A stretch of 64,000 bases of DNA, taken from Eledone cirrhosa (Eukaryota). The position numbers were made by a program, and so were the translations under genes. Shown in pieces: positions 1 to 12,212 of this stretch. How positions within the stretch are numbered: the stretch's first letter is position 1; every line of letters starts with the position of its first letter. The notes beneath the pieces were generated by a model that searched no databases, was not told where the DNA came from, and saw nothing but the letters and a program-made list of their open reading frames with translations. The DNA is taken from positions 393,142,001-393,206,000 of the forward strand of contig OZ024741.1 of assembly GCA_964016885.1 (NCBI GenBank), written 5' to 3'.

Positions 1-126
1 CTTTCCAAGCTTTGTTCATCGTTCACAAAAAAAGTTGAACTCGCCATATTTGTTACACCAAAGCCTTTCTTTCTGTTTCATCATATTATCACGTTCACAC
101 ACGAGTTTTTCAAAATGGCTGCCAAC

Positions 127-277
127 AACCTTGTTTCGGCACGTGTGGGCAGCACACATCTCGACTCACTGAGATACCACACGCCATAGAAATATATTTT
201 TTTACAACTTGACTTTAACCTTGTTTCGGCACGTGTGGGCAGCACACATCTCAACTCACTGAGATACCACACACCAT
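127..277. repeat. 61-bp direct repeat (127-187, 217-277; 2 mismatches)
   Basis: AACCTTGTTTCGGCACGTGTGGGCAGCACACATCTC(G/A)ACTCACTGAGATACCACAC(G/A)CCAT, period 90. Confidence 0.92.
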
Positions 278-1342
278 GGATAATGTTTCTCGCCAAGGAT
301 TCTCCAGCCTTAAGCTATATTCTCCTATTTGCCGGTTTAAAAATTTACCACATAAATTTGCCGTTGAAAACTGCGCATTTATTCAGAATGCTTATTTCTT
401 TGGTCGCTGGCCTCTTGACCCTTCCAGATCAACGCATTCTCAACATCGACCATCAACTTTGGCTGTTATTTCTAGCCCTTTGCGCAACTCATTTTTTCTG
501 GGAAAAATTTTACTGTGAATTTAAAGATCGAATACGCTCACTCCGCGAGACAACAACATCAACAACAACAACACAGCTTCATCAACAACCAAAACCAGCA
601 GAAGCCAGAGAATTTATTTTTGCAGCACTCTTCCTGTCAGAATTTCCCTTCGGAGGTTGGAAATTTCACGTTATACCACAGACCAGAAACCACCTGCATT
701 CATCTCTGGAACACACTTTCTTTCCTGCTGTCATGTGATTGCACACCTGTGAACTGTATTGGGAACATTTGAACTTTGACCTCTTCTTTTACTTTGATTA
801 CATTGTATCTTTGAGTGATGGATAGATAGTTCTCTGGCCAAGAGCGGTTGGCTACCTTGATATCTATCATTGATTTTTGCATGCATATATTTTGCTGTTT
901 TCCTTTTATTGCAAACCTTTTTTCCGTAATTTTAATGCCTGTTAAATGCTCGCCATCTTACTCCATACATGTTTCATTCGATTTTTATGTTTTAAAAATC
1001 TGGCGGGAGATAATGTAGCAAGAGTTGCCTCCCTTGTTGTGACGATCACATCACCAATAGAGTAACGCTCTCTAGACAGGAAGTAGCTGGAGTTGCTTCC
1101 CGTTGGGGTGGCAGAGCCCTTTTTGTCACTTCCGTCCCAGGACCTATAAAGGGAATAACTTTCAGCTCTCTACCTCTCATTTGCCCTCTTCTAACCTGTC
1201 TGGCCCTTCGACCAGGCGCGTTCGACTGGCAACCCTAACATGGTCTCTTGTGAGCCATTTAAACTGACCCAAAATTCTCTATGAAAGCAAATGATATCAA
1301 ACTAAAGCAGTTTATGTTAGCAATACAAGCTATATGTATTAA

Positions 1343-1564
1343 CCCCTTAATCTTTTTGTTACCAAACTGCTTGAAACTGCCCCTGATTCTATGATAGAAA
1401 ACTGTTTATTTTAAAGTATATATATTTATCTAAAAATCATCCACCATATTTTTATATAAAAACCTTTGTTAAGTTATAATTCAAACAGCTTAATAATGAG
1501 AAAGTTAGTTATATTACTGAATCCCTTCAACTTCGTGATTATTTTCAATACTATAATAAAAGGG
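1343..1564. mobile_element. piggyBac-like MITE (partial relatives near 21095-21190 and 51230-51320)
   Basis: TTAA|CCC...AAAGGG|TTAA termini; shared internal sequence. Confidence 0.6.
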
Positions 1565-1959
1565 TTAAGTATGCCCCAGAGAGGAAGGTCAATGTTCACA
1601 AAATTAAAATTTCTAGGAAAAGCAAAATTTCCATTGGACAAAAAATAAAGGATTTAAATTACTAAAAGGATAAACCAGAAAAGGTGAAAGAATGTCACTT
1701 ATAAGGATTGAAAATAAAATAACACACTTCCACAAAGCATTTTCTCCAAATGTTCAAAAGAACCAGCTCCACACAATAGAGCCTTTGTTAGAAGGAAATG
1801 GTTGACATCATAAGGTAAGGAATGAAAAATTAAACATTATTTGCACTACCCTGCTGGTAGATAAGTTAGATGAATTACTGTAAAACAGCATAAGGAAGTG
1901 ACAACTATCAATTACATCGATAAAAAAAGAAAATGCAATATCTTCTATACAAAAAAATG

Positions 1960-2580
1960 AGTCTGAACCCATCAACAGTTATTGATGTTTTCCCAACAAT
2001 CTCCAAAAATTATGAAAAATCCTTCAGCTAAACCATTTCAGATACAATTCCAATTGTAAAATTACAGGGCATCTTCTCAATTTCCCATATCAAAAAGTCT
2101 TAGAAGTATATAACATGATAAGTGAAACTCAACAGTTTTGATCTAAACAGATGCTACCTCAAACAATTTCTACAGCATTATGACAGGATAACAAAAGCAG
2201 TTGCTCAACTAATCAAACAAAGATGTAATATACCTGGGATTTGCAAATGTTTTTGAGAAATTTAACCAGGGGATAACATGTCATAAGCTATGTAATCTCA
2301 GCTTAGTGGGGGAAACTGGTGAGAGTAGTTGTAAGACATTTTAATGAATAAAAGTCAAGTTGTTGCAACCAAAGGTACTCTAGGACCATTATAGTTTTGA
2401 GTAGATCTCTCATGCATATTCAGTTATTGGAATAGCTAGAAATTTACAGAAAGACTTAATGTTATTTACAGGTGGTTCATAAAAACAACATGCAAGTCAA
2501 TGCTGGAAAGTAAAGTTTCAAGTACTCTCCAATTAACATTTACAACCTGGATACACAGGACCAAGAGGAATAACATTCCG
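1960..2580 (+). mobile_element. Very degenerate CR1/L2-group LINE RT remnant
   Basis: NYR..S, DVIYLGFANVFEKFNQGITCHKL (cf. DVIYLDFAKAFDKV), GTLGPL. Confidence 0.6.
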
Positions 2581-3114
2581 AGGTGACATGATGAAAAAGC
2601 ACCCAATCCACTTTGTTAGATGGTCATTATGGTGCTACTATATAAAGTACACAGTCCACATTGTAATGTGCTTGAAATTAGAAAGGGCATAAGAGACTGA
2701 GCCAAAATAAATATATTATATAGATATATATTTCATCATCATCATTTAACATCTATTTTCCATGCTAAAGGCAAGTTGGGTCGGATGACCGTGTCTTGCT
2801 CATATAAGACTGTTTCTGGCTAGATTTCTACAGCTGGATGCCCTTCCTAATGTCTACCACTTTTACAGTGTGTTCTGGGTGCTTTTTGCCATGTCTCCTG
2901 CATGATCACTTTACAGTGTGAGCTGTATATGATATCATCATCATCACCGTTTACCTTTATTTTTCCATGCTTGCACGGGTTAGATGGGTTGTCCACGCCG
3001 GAAGGCAAGTCTGGCCAGAGTTAGCCATGCCGCACCTTGCTCCGATGAGAACTGTAAATTTAGCCGGATATTTTACAGCTGGATGCCCTTCCTAACACCA
3101 ACATTTACAATGTA

Positions 3115-3761
3115 GAACTAGCTTGCATGCTCCGATGGATGTGTAATAGTAATGTGCGCGAAAGGCAAAGCATAAACAAATTAAGAGAGAGACTAAGCAT
3201 AAGAGGTATCAAATGTTGTGTTCTGGAGAGGAGATTGCGTTGGTATGGACATGTGATGCGTATGAAGGACAACAGCTGTATAAAAAAAACGTGCAGAGCA
3301 ATGAAAATTGATGGAAGCTACAGAGTGGGTAGACCAAGAAAAACCTGGGACGAGGTGATAAAACCTAACCTTGCTCACCTACACCTCTCTAAGACAATGA
3401 CACTGGATCGAGACCTTTGGCACCATGCAGTTGTACAGAAGACCCGACTCCCATTGCATACAAACCTACAGTCAGTAGGCACTTCTTAACCCAATATACA
3501 CCCCACTGCTGTTCTGTCCACTGTGTTGATGACACAACAGTCCACACTGTAAGGTGGCCATGTAGAAGACACAGTAAAAAGGCTCCCAGTCCACACTGTA
3601 AATGTGGTTGGTGTTAGGAAGGGCATCCAGCTGTAAAAAACCTGCCAGAGACGCTCCGTGCGAGCGAGACAGTCTCCCGACCATTCCCGCATCAAATGGA
3701 ACAAAACCATCTAACCCAGGCTATCGTGGAAGATGGACGTTAAACGATGATGATGATGATG
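3115..3761 (+). mobile_element. RTE LINE 3' fragment
   Basis: MLRWMCNSN...RRLRWYGHVMRM...GRPRKTWDE plus shared 3'UTR and (GAT)n. Confidence 0.92.
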
Positions 3762-3764
3762 AAC

Positions 3765-4550
3765 TGGATAGCTCAATTATGAGGAGGGGCGGTCAGTCGG
3801 CCATGCTGAACCCGTCTTACAATGGAACCATAGTTTTGGAGCCCGACCCATCTCACAGCGATACCATACTTTTAGAGCACAGTAATGGATGGCACTGATA
3901 TTAGGAGCCCAACCCATCTTTTGGGGCCCAGTACTGGATGTCACTGCTATGAGGAGGGGCAGGCCAGTCGGCCACGCCAAACCCATCTCACATTACCATA
4001 GTTTTGGGGATCGGTACTGAATGACACCCCTATGAGGAGGGACAAGTGTGGAACCACAGTTTGGGAGCCTGACGTTGAATGGCACCACTATGCAGGGGGA
4101 CCAGTTGGAGCCCAATACTGGATGGCACCGATATGAGGAGCCTAATCCATCTCACAGCGTAGCCATAGTTTTGTGGACTAGTACTGGATGGCACCACAAT
4201 GAAAAGGGACAGGTCAGTTGGCCATGCCAAACCCATCTTACAGTGTAACCATAGTTTTGGGCCCAGTACTAGATGATGTCACTATGAGAAAGGACAGGTG
4301 TGGCACCAGAGTTTGAGAACCCGGCTCACAGCAGAAACACAGTTTTTAAGCCTGGCACTGGAAGACATCACTATGAGGAGGGACAGGCCAGTTTGGCCAC
4401 ACCTAACTCTTCTCACAGTGGCACCCCGGTATCAGAGCCAGGCACTCTCCACGCGACAAACCCTTCTCAATATGAAACCGCATTTTAGGAACCTGGGACT
4501 GGATGGCAGTGCTATGAGGGCGGACAGGCCAGTTGACTATGCTGAAGCCT
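3765..4550. repeat. Degenerate GC-rich minisatellite; second array at ~16310-16720
   Basis: Recurrent GAGGAGGGxCAGGCCAGTyGGCCA..CCCATCTCACAG..CCATAGTTTTGG..CCAGTACTGGATGGCAC modules. Confidence 0.8.
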
Positions 4551-4567
4551 TCACACAGCTGAATATC

Positions 4568-4600
<33 letters not shown>

Positions 4601-4721
4601 GTAGAGAAGTGACACACGAGTTGATATATATAACGAAATAGTAAAAAAAGAAAAAAAAACAGTAGAAAATCCCTTTACCATTTTCTACTGTTTTTTTTTC
4701 CTCTTTTACTATATATATATC

Positions 4722-5022
4722 GCAAATGAGAGGTTGTGAGTTTAATTCTTGGATCAGGCAATACGTTGTGTCCTTGAGCAAGACACTTTATGTCACATTA
4801 CGCCAGTTTACTCAGCTGTAGAAATGAGTTGTGACATTACTGGTGCCAAGCAGTATCAGCCATTGTCTTTCTCTTGGATAACATCAGTAGCATGGAAAGG
4901 GGAGACTGGTATGCATGGGTGACTGCTGGTCTTCCACAAAACAAACCTTGCCCAGATTTGTGTCTTGGAGGGAAACTTTCTAGGTGTAAAACCATGGTCA
5001 TTAGTGACCGATGGGGGCCTTA
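4722..5022 (+). mobile_element. CORE-type SINE, related head with a different body
   Basis: GGTTGTGAGTTTAATTC...GTTGTGTCCTTGAGCAAGACACTTTA...TTTACTCAGCTGTAGAAATGAG. Confidence 0.7.
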
Positions 5023-5034
5023 AGATATATATAT

Positions 5035-6795
5035 ATTATATTATTTATTTATGTTCATAGACGGAACAAAAGCACAACCTAAGGTTTCAAGGCCCAATAT
5101 CGACCATATCTTCAGAATGTAAGAGGGATCAAAGTTGTGACCTAATCTCTAGACACTTATACGAGCTTATAAGATACCATTAAAAGTAAAGTGTGCTAAA
5201 ACACTAGTTTACAAAATATGTCTTATAACAAATGGAAGCAAGTCCAAGATGTAAATTTGGAATAGTGTACTCATGTTAGTATCCGTGGGCTATAGCAGAT
5301 GTATGGTATTGTGTGGTTGTATATAATATAGAGATGATAATATTTATTAAGGTATTAAGTAGAATAGTATAGAACGTGTACTGTATTATGTAAGTGTGGA
5401 ACAAGAAAAAGGAAGCATAAAAAGGAAAGATATTAAGAAAGTATATAAATTAAATTAAGGTCGTTGAAAATCAGTTGAAATTGTTAAGTATTTCCATTTA
5501 GCAAGCAGTTGGCTTTTAAGATGGAGGCATTCTCTAAAAATTTTGCTCTATTAGTTCAAATAATTATTGTTCGAAGACGACAAACTATGTAATATTCTAA
5601 ATTTCTCACTAAGACAAAGACAACATCTCTTGGTACCATTGATGTAAGGTCTCGATCTTTCAAGTATCTTCCAAGTAATCTTATATGGGACTCCTTTCTC
5701 CTATAATTGCCAGACTTATTTTGCCAGGGCTGTACTGGTCCTCATATCAGATTCCTGAAGGAGTGGAGATACAAGTAAAAACATTTAAAATGATCTTGCA
5801 CTATACCGACATATCTTTCGCAAACTTCAGAACTTTCTGTTGTGTTGTGTGTAATCTCTGCCTCATACACAATGGATTTGATATAACATTTCTGTTGAAG
5901 AGGGCAGTTCTCTTTAATCAAACAAGAGCAACTTAGATTTATGCCAAGTATATTCTTTACAGTCATTTTTGATCTCATAGTTGGGCCACATGAATAGGAT
6001 ATGTTGATGGTATTACGATTGAATATTTTACTATATCTATATTGTGGTGGGAAATGTCTATCTAATAAATCTAAAAACTTCTTACCTACATTAGTCTTTA
6101 CTTTAAGGGAAAAGTGGGGTGCAAATCAGATAATTCTTCTTTTTCTGTTAGTATTTTTAGCATGGTTGGGTTAGGAACGATTGGGTGTGTACTTAATTAT
6201 GTCCTTAAAACCACTTTCTAGGAGGGTTTGGTTGTAGTAAGGTGCAGCCTTACGGAAAATCTCCCTGGTTGCTGATAGATTTGAGATCCTACGATTAATA
6301 TTAGAAACTAAACTTTTAAAAACTGCAGGGGCTGGCATGAGGCTTTATTAATATATTTCGATTATGTATGGTTTATACAAAACTGTGGTTAGGTCTAAGT
6401 TTACATCAATATTACATACCACCACACAATACCATACACCTGATGTAGCCCACTAATACTAACATCACACAATACCATACACCTGCTATAGCCCACCAAT
6501 ACTAACATATGTACAATACCATACACCTGCTATAGTCCACCAATACTAACATATGTACAATTTGGCTATTTCAAATGTACATCTTGGAGTTATTTCCTTT
6601 TGTTATAATACATTTTCATAAACTAGCTTTTTAGCATGCTTTACTTTTAACAGTATCTTACAAACTCGTATAATGTGCCTGAAGACTAGGTCACAATGCT
6701 GATCCCTCTTAGGTTCCGGAGATATAGTCAATATTGGGCCTTGAAACCTTAGGTAGCGCTTTCCTTATGTGTATGAACATAAATATATAATATAA
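5035..6795 (-). mobile_element. Penelope-like retroelement, 5'-truncated, with inverted pseudo-LTR
   Basis: Minus-strand decayed ORF: IIWFAPHFSLKVKTNVGKKF..., CSC....CPLQQKC...IVYEAEI...RYVG (GIY-YIG), ...WKILERSRPY...CCLCLSEK. 5040-5325 is an inverted homologue of ~6410-6790; a ~43-bp unit occurs x3 at 6425-6560. Confidence 0.88.
6675..6759 (+). ncRNA. Hammerhead ribozyme with long stem II in a Penelope pseudo-LTR
   Basis: GTGC-CTGAAGA-CT-AGGTC...GGCCT-T-GAAA-CCTTAGG-TA-GCGC; GUA triplet. Degenerate homologues at about 5071-5156(-) and 12811-12898(+). Confidence 0.65.
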
Positions 6796-6950
6796 AATAT
6801 CAGCTCTCTTCCCGATTGAACACCGTTTTCCTTTTGCTTTTTTCACACTTACTGATATTTCTACATATCCCCATCCTCATCATTTCCATTTAGCGTCAAT
6901 TCTTCTATGCTTGCATGGGTTAGACGGATATATATATATATATATATATA

Positions 6951-8861
6951 TTGGTCACCCGCATAGTTAACCAAGTCGTACAGAATGGGGTTGTTCCGAA
7001 GGACTGGCATAACAGCATCATCGTTAACTGTTATAAGGGTAAAGGAGACGCCCTAGATAGGAGTAACTATAGAGGCATTAAATTAATCGACCAGATCATG
7101 AAGGTCACGGAAAAAGTAATAGCGCAACTAATCAGAGAGAGAATTGACCTAGATGAAATGCAGTTCGGGTTTGTGTCAGGAAAAAGCACCACAGACGCTC
7201 TTTTCATAGTACGACAACTACAGGAGAAGTACCTAGCTAAAGGTAAACCCCTCTACTTAGCTTTTGTCGACCTGGAGAAAGCCTTCGACAGAGTCCCCCG
7301 CTCCATTATCTTGTGGGCTCTTAGAAAACTAGGCGTTGACGAATGGCTTGTGAGGGCTATACAAGCCATGTATAAAGAAACAGTCAGCAAGGTTAGAATT
7401 AACAACGAATATAGTGAAGAGTTTAGCGTAAAAGTTGGCGTCCATCAGGGCTCTGTTCTCAGCCCCCTACTATTTATTATTGCCCTTCAGGCTATAACAG
7501 AGGAGTTCAAGACAGGCTGCCCATGGGAACTCCTATACGCAGACGACCTGACACTCATAGCGGAATCAATGGCCGAGCTAGAGAAGAAATTCCAAACATG
7601 GAAGCACGGCCTAGAGTCAAAAGGACTTAAAATTAACCTGGCTAAGACCAAAGTTCTAGTTTGTAGGAAAGAAAACAAGGCGGCGGTCCCTTCTGGGAAA
7701 TGGTCGTGCTCGGTGTGTAGGAAAGGCGTAGGTAGAAACTCCATTTTATGTCCTAAATGCAAAGTATGGGTGCATAAAAGATGTAGTGGGATCACAGGTA
7801 AGCTAACTAAGAACATAGATTTTACATGTGGCCGGTGTTCTGGTGCAATAAGTAGCAGCAAGTGCCCACAAAATACTAGCTCTTTCAATTGCGCAGAGGG
7901 TTCTATAGAAATAGTGGACAGCTTCCGTTACCTGGGCGATAAAATCAGCAGTGGGGGAGGGTGCTCTGAAAGTACTGTAGCTAGAGTCAGAACTGGTTGG
8001 AAAAAGTTCAGAGAGCTTATACCACTATTAGCTGCTAAAGGGTTCTCCCTAAAAATGAAAGGCAGGTTGTACGATGCCTGCATACGAACAGCAATGTTGC
8101 ATGGCAGTGAGACCTGGGCATTGTGTGCAGAGGATATACGCAGACTAGAGAGGAACGAAGCTTGCATGCTCCGCTGGATGTGTAACAGTAATATACGTGA
8201 ACGGCAAAGCATAAACGAACTAAGGAAAAAATTAGAGATAAGAGGGATCAGATGTTGTTTACTCGAGAGAAGGCTACGTTGGTATGGACACGTGATGCGC
8301 ATGAAAGTCGATAGCTGTATAACAAAGTGCAGGGCAATAAAGATAGACGGTAGCCACGGAATAGGCAGACCTAGAAAAACCTGGGATGAGCTGATAAACT
8401 CCGACCTCACACACTTACACCTCTCCAAGACAATGTCACTGGACCGAGACCTTTGGCGGTACTCAGTAACAGAGAAGACCCGCCTTGCCAGTAGGCATCT
8501 CTAACAAAATACACCCCGTCCCGCCACCACCCCACCCCATCCACACCACCCCGTTCTATGTAAAGTTATGTTGGTGCCGCGCCATCCAGGCCGAAACAAA
8601 TGAGATCGTGTAGGTGTCACGACAAAAAAACACACAGTCCACGCTGTAATGTGGCCGTGTAGGCAACACGGTAAAAACCTCCCAGACCCACACTGTAAAT
8701 GCGGTTGGTGTTAGGAAGGGCATCCAACTGTAGAAAACCTGCCAGACAGCCCTATGCGAGCAAGACAATCACTCTTGCCTCAAGTGGGACTACCCCCGTC
8801 CAAACCCATGCAAGCGTGGAACACGGACGTTAAACGTTGATGATGATGATGATGATGATGA
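6951..8861 (+). mobile_element. Young 5'-truncated RTE-clade LINE (intact 517-aa RT remnant, 3'UTR, (GAT)n tail)
   Basis: NYRGIKL, QFGF, FVDLEKAFDRV, GVHQGSVLSPLLF, YADD, FRYLG, RRLRWYGHV, GRPRKTW; inserted in (TA)n. Confidence 0.97.
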
Positions 8862-8934
8862 TATATATATATATATATATATAAACATGAAGTACAACTC
8901 AACAGGTTATAATTCACTTTGTTTATTCATAATC

Positions 8935-8993
8935 GCTGTTATATATAGTTCGGTGATAATCGTTATACAATAGCTATGACCTCATCAGACAGC
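8935..8993 (-). ncRNA. Hammerhead ribozyme motif with A15.1>C (probably inactive)
   Basis: GCTGT-CTGATGA-GGTCATAG...TTATCACC-GAAC-T-ATAT-A-TA-ACAGC: 5-bp stem I, C-C mismatch at stem II position 4. Adjacent to a GIY-YIG fragment. Confidence 0.72.
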
Positions 8994-9049
8994 TAGAAGC
9001 TGAACAGAAAAAACTGAAAAACATAAAGAAAAAATAAAGCTTACTTCTG

Positions 9050-9900
9050 TTGTTTCAATTCATTGATACCAGAGCGTCATGTTCATGGATGCAACCTCTT
9101 GAGGTGAATTAACATACCAATTTAGAAAGGCCCTCAGAAAAATCTATCTAAATATCAAAGTGGTAGAAAAGCCAGGAACTACCATAAAATCCCTGATCAG
9201 TAAAACTTACCCCTTTAAGCAAACCCACTGCACAAATAAGAAATGTGTAATATGTAGAGTAAGTCCGCAAATAAATCGTAAAACTAGAAATGCAGTCTAT
9301 AGCATAAGATGCACAGTGGGTGCCTGCTGAAACATAACATACATGAGAGACACCAGACAGCCAGTAGCATATGAAAGAGAATAGATGAACGCTGGAGTGA
9401 ACTAAAAGGACAAAAAGGCAATTCAGTACTACATGAACAAGCCAGACGAAGACATGATGGGAAAATAGACAACATAAAAATCAAAGTAATATCTAAACAT
9501 AGAAATGACTTGACACTTAGACAAATTATGGAGGCTACAGAAATAGAATTAAGAAAACCTAGGCTGAACAGTACATATGAATGGCATAACAAACATACAC
9601 AATAGTGATCTAAGATAGAATATAAATATACACAGATGCAATAATAACACTCACACAAACACACTCTAGTGACCAAAAGTAGAATATAAACACATATACA
9701 CACACTCAGACACGAATACACAAGCGCACACCAAACGGAATACGCGCACACAAACACGTGGAAACAGAGACAACATAAATAAATAAATAAATAAATAAAT
9801 AAAATAAAAATCATTATAGGAACACAACAGGATGAAAAATGGAAACATGATAATCACTGATGATGTCAAAGATATGTGTGATGAAAGAACTTTGAAATAC
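9050..9900 (+). mobile_element. Penelope-like element fragment (GIY-YIG), second family
   Basis: IKVVEKPGTTIKSLISKTYPF..HCTNKKCVIC...AVYSIRC...LRQIMEA.EI....PRLNS.YEW, with frameshifts. Confidence 0.75.
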
Positions 9901-10069
9901 TATAATTACATTTGTATATTTAACTGTTGGTCAATCAATGATAAACATTCATTGCCAACTGAATTTTTTATAGAAATATAAATATATACTGAAGCGACGA
10001 CCAAATCAAACAATGTGTTTTATTATATTTTTCTGGCAATATCAGGAGATGATTCTCCCCAAATATAAC

Positions 10070-10420
10070 AATATCTGTTTCAACGACTCAGGCAATGACA
10101 ACAAGCACAAAAAACATACATTAGTATGATATCTAATAACTTTAAGACCGGGTGGTATGCCCATACCCACTCTTTCAGAAGACCGGACAAATCAAGCCAA
10201 ACCACACTAACCGTCTATGTATGGGACCTCAAGAAGAATTTCATCCTTTTCACGCTCAAATGGAAAAGAGGTGGGCATAAGTGCTGTGACCTATGTATCT
10301 CGGAGAACTATGAGATATAATTTGCCAAGACCCTGACCCTGAACAAACTCTCTGAACACTGCCCAAACTGCATGCACAAAAACCATGCAACATATAAATC
10401 TTACAAACCAGATCTGCCCC
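10070..10420 (+). mobile_element. Penelope-like element GIY-YIG fragment, third copy
   Basis: TYISMISNNFKTGWYAHTHSFR....QTTLTVYVWDLK...LKWK...CCDLCISE.YEI. Confidence 0.75.
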
Positions 10421-10734
10421 CAGAACGATAGTTTTCGACAAAATACTACCCCAACCTAACCCCTTTTCGGACCATCTTATAGAACTGAGGTTATGTAAGT
10501 ACTCTTTGCCTACTTGTCTTTTTCCATGGGTAAATGCACAAGTGTTAGTGTCTATGTGTACAAAGGTTTCTGAGGACCCTATAAACTTGTGTCAGTATGT
10601 AGATAATTGTATTATTTGTGTATTTTTTGTGAGTGTGTATCCATGTGAATTAATGTATATATCCACCAGTGTCTGCATACATATGTATGTGTTTGTTTAA
10701 GTAAGTTGTTTTATCTGTATATTTTTAAAAACGA

Positions 10735-11343
10735 GAAAATAACTTGATGACCTATAGATCAGGGGAACACGCCAGCCAGATAGATTATATCCTTACTAGA
10801 AGACAGGACAAAGTGTCTGTTGTAAACACTAAATCCTTCCCCCATGAAGAATGCACCTCCCAACATAGCCTAGTAGTTAGTGACCTCATAGTCAGGAATA
10901 GACGTACTCGACGACAGAGGGGGACTACTTTGAGGAGAAGAATATGGAAGTTGAAGGATCCCACAGCCAGTGACAAATTTAAAAGCTTATTACTTGATTC
11001 TTTTGACAGTAAGGAAGAGCAATTAGAGACGTACAATGTAGAGGAACAGTGGGAATTCTTGAAAGTGAACCTGCTGAAGGTGATGGATGAAATCTGTGGC
11101 TGGAGCAGACCTATTGGGAGGAGGAGAGTAACTTGGTGGTGGAACAGACAATCAAGGCCAAAAAGCAGGCTTGGAAAGTATGGCAGGATGCGGGAAGTAG
11201 AGAACACTATCAAGTGGCCAGGAGAGAAGCTAGGAGACAAGTATACTTTGCAAAAAGGGAAGCAGAGGATAGAAAGTTCAAGCATGTTCTACAATGTGAG
11301 ATGTTTAGGATTGCGACACAATGTGTCAAGGAAAACCGTGATA
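10735..11343 (+). mobile_element. RTE LINE internal fragment (end of AP endonuclease and linker)
   Basis: TYRSG....QIDYIL...SQH.LVV.D...TWWW. Confidence 0.85.
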
Positions 11344-11714
11344 TTGCGTCCACTTTTCCCTGCTTGCAAGGGTGGGACGGGAACTGATTCTGGCTTGATT
11401 TCTACAGCTGGATGTCCTTCCTAACACCAACCTCATTTACAGTGAGTGCTGGGTGCTTTTTTGCCGTGGCACCTCCACGACCACTTTACAGTGTGGGCTG
11501 GGTGCTTTTTTGCCGTGGCACCTCAACGACCACTTTGCAGTGGAATGATAGGGACCCCAGTCCCTATCATCTCATTTCTACAGCTGAGTAAACTGGAGCA
11601 ATGTGAAATAAAGTGTCTTGCTCAAGGAAACAACACATCACCCGGTCTGAGAATTGAACTCACAACCTTTCGATTGCAAGGCCAATGCTCTAACCACTAA
11701 GCCATGTGCCTCCC
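11344..11714 (-). mobile_element. tRNA-derived CORE-type SINE with RTE-like 3' tail
   Basis: A box TGGCTTAGTGG, B box GAGTTCAATTC, CORE-like TCCTTGAGCAAGACACTT, tail shared with the RTE 3'UTR. Confidence 0.88.
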
Positions 11715-11715
11715 A

Positions 11716-12212
11716 ATTTTACATAATATTCTGAAATCTATGCCTGCTTCTGCAACTAACCATTTTGTCAATGATTATTTGTGGACCTTCCAGCAGACTT
11801 GAGCCACCTCCCATACAACAAATGTCACACAAGCCTGGTGCAGAGACCACCTTCCAAGGTACTGGTCAAAAGAAATGTGGCCTCCTCGTTTTCCTGATTT
11901 GAACCCTATGGACTTCTCAGTATGGTCTATCCTTAAAAAGCCTGTTCAAAAGTCCATAAGAAAGTCAATGATTTAAAGTCATCTTCACTGAGCACTTGGA
12001 AAGAAATTCCCCAAGAAATGTTGCGTACTTTGGTGAAAGATGTTCAACGGAAGTTAGGGGCTGTTATTGCTGCATGAGGGGTCATTTTGAATAAACTCTA
12101 TACATTATATTCTAAAGATATGTATAATTACGTATATATGTTGCTGGTCAATACAGTTAGTAGTTTTGTTATTAAAAGCATTTTTATTTGCTTCCAAACT
12201 TATGCCCCACCA
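11716..12212 (+). mobile_element. DD37D-like Tc1/mariner 3' fragment
   Basis: WTFQQ...HTTNVTQAWC...MWPP..PDLNPMDFSVWSIL. Confidence 0.82.

Noticed and set aside
235-738. 167-aa ORF as a host gene
   Set aside because: No recognisable domain; overlaps a direct repeat and a CAA-rich tract.
7487-8428. Antisense ORFs over RTE copies (also 52266, 52707, 30456)
   Set aside because: Shadow frames of the RT coding sequence, shared only because the copies are near-identical.
9852-9910. CTGATGA-TGTCA...TGAT-GAAA as a hammerhead at the end of the 9-kb PLE
   Set aside because: Stem II is plausible but no convincing stem I/III; too degenerate to call.
11640-11714. tRNA gene (also 48225-48299)
   Set aside because: The A/B boxes run straight into a CORE-type SINE body; this is a SINE head.
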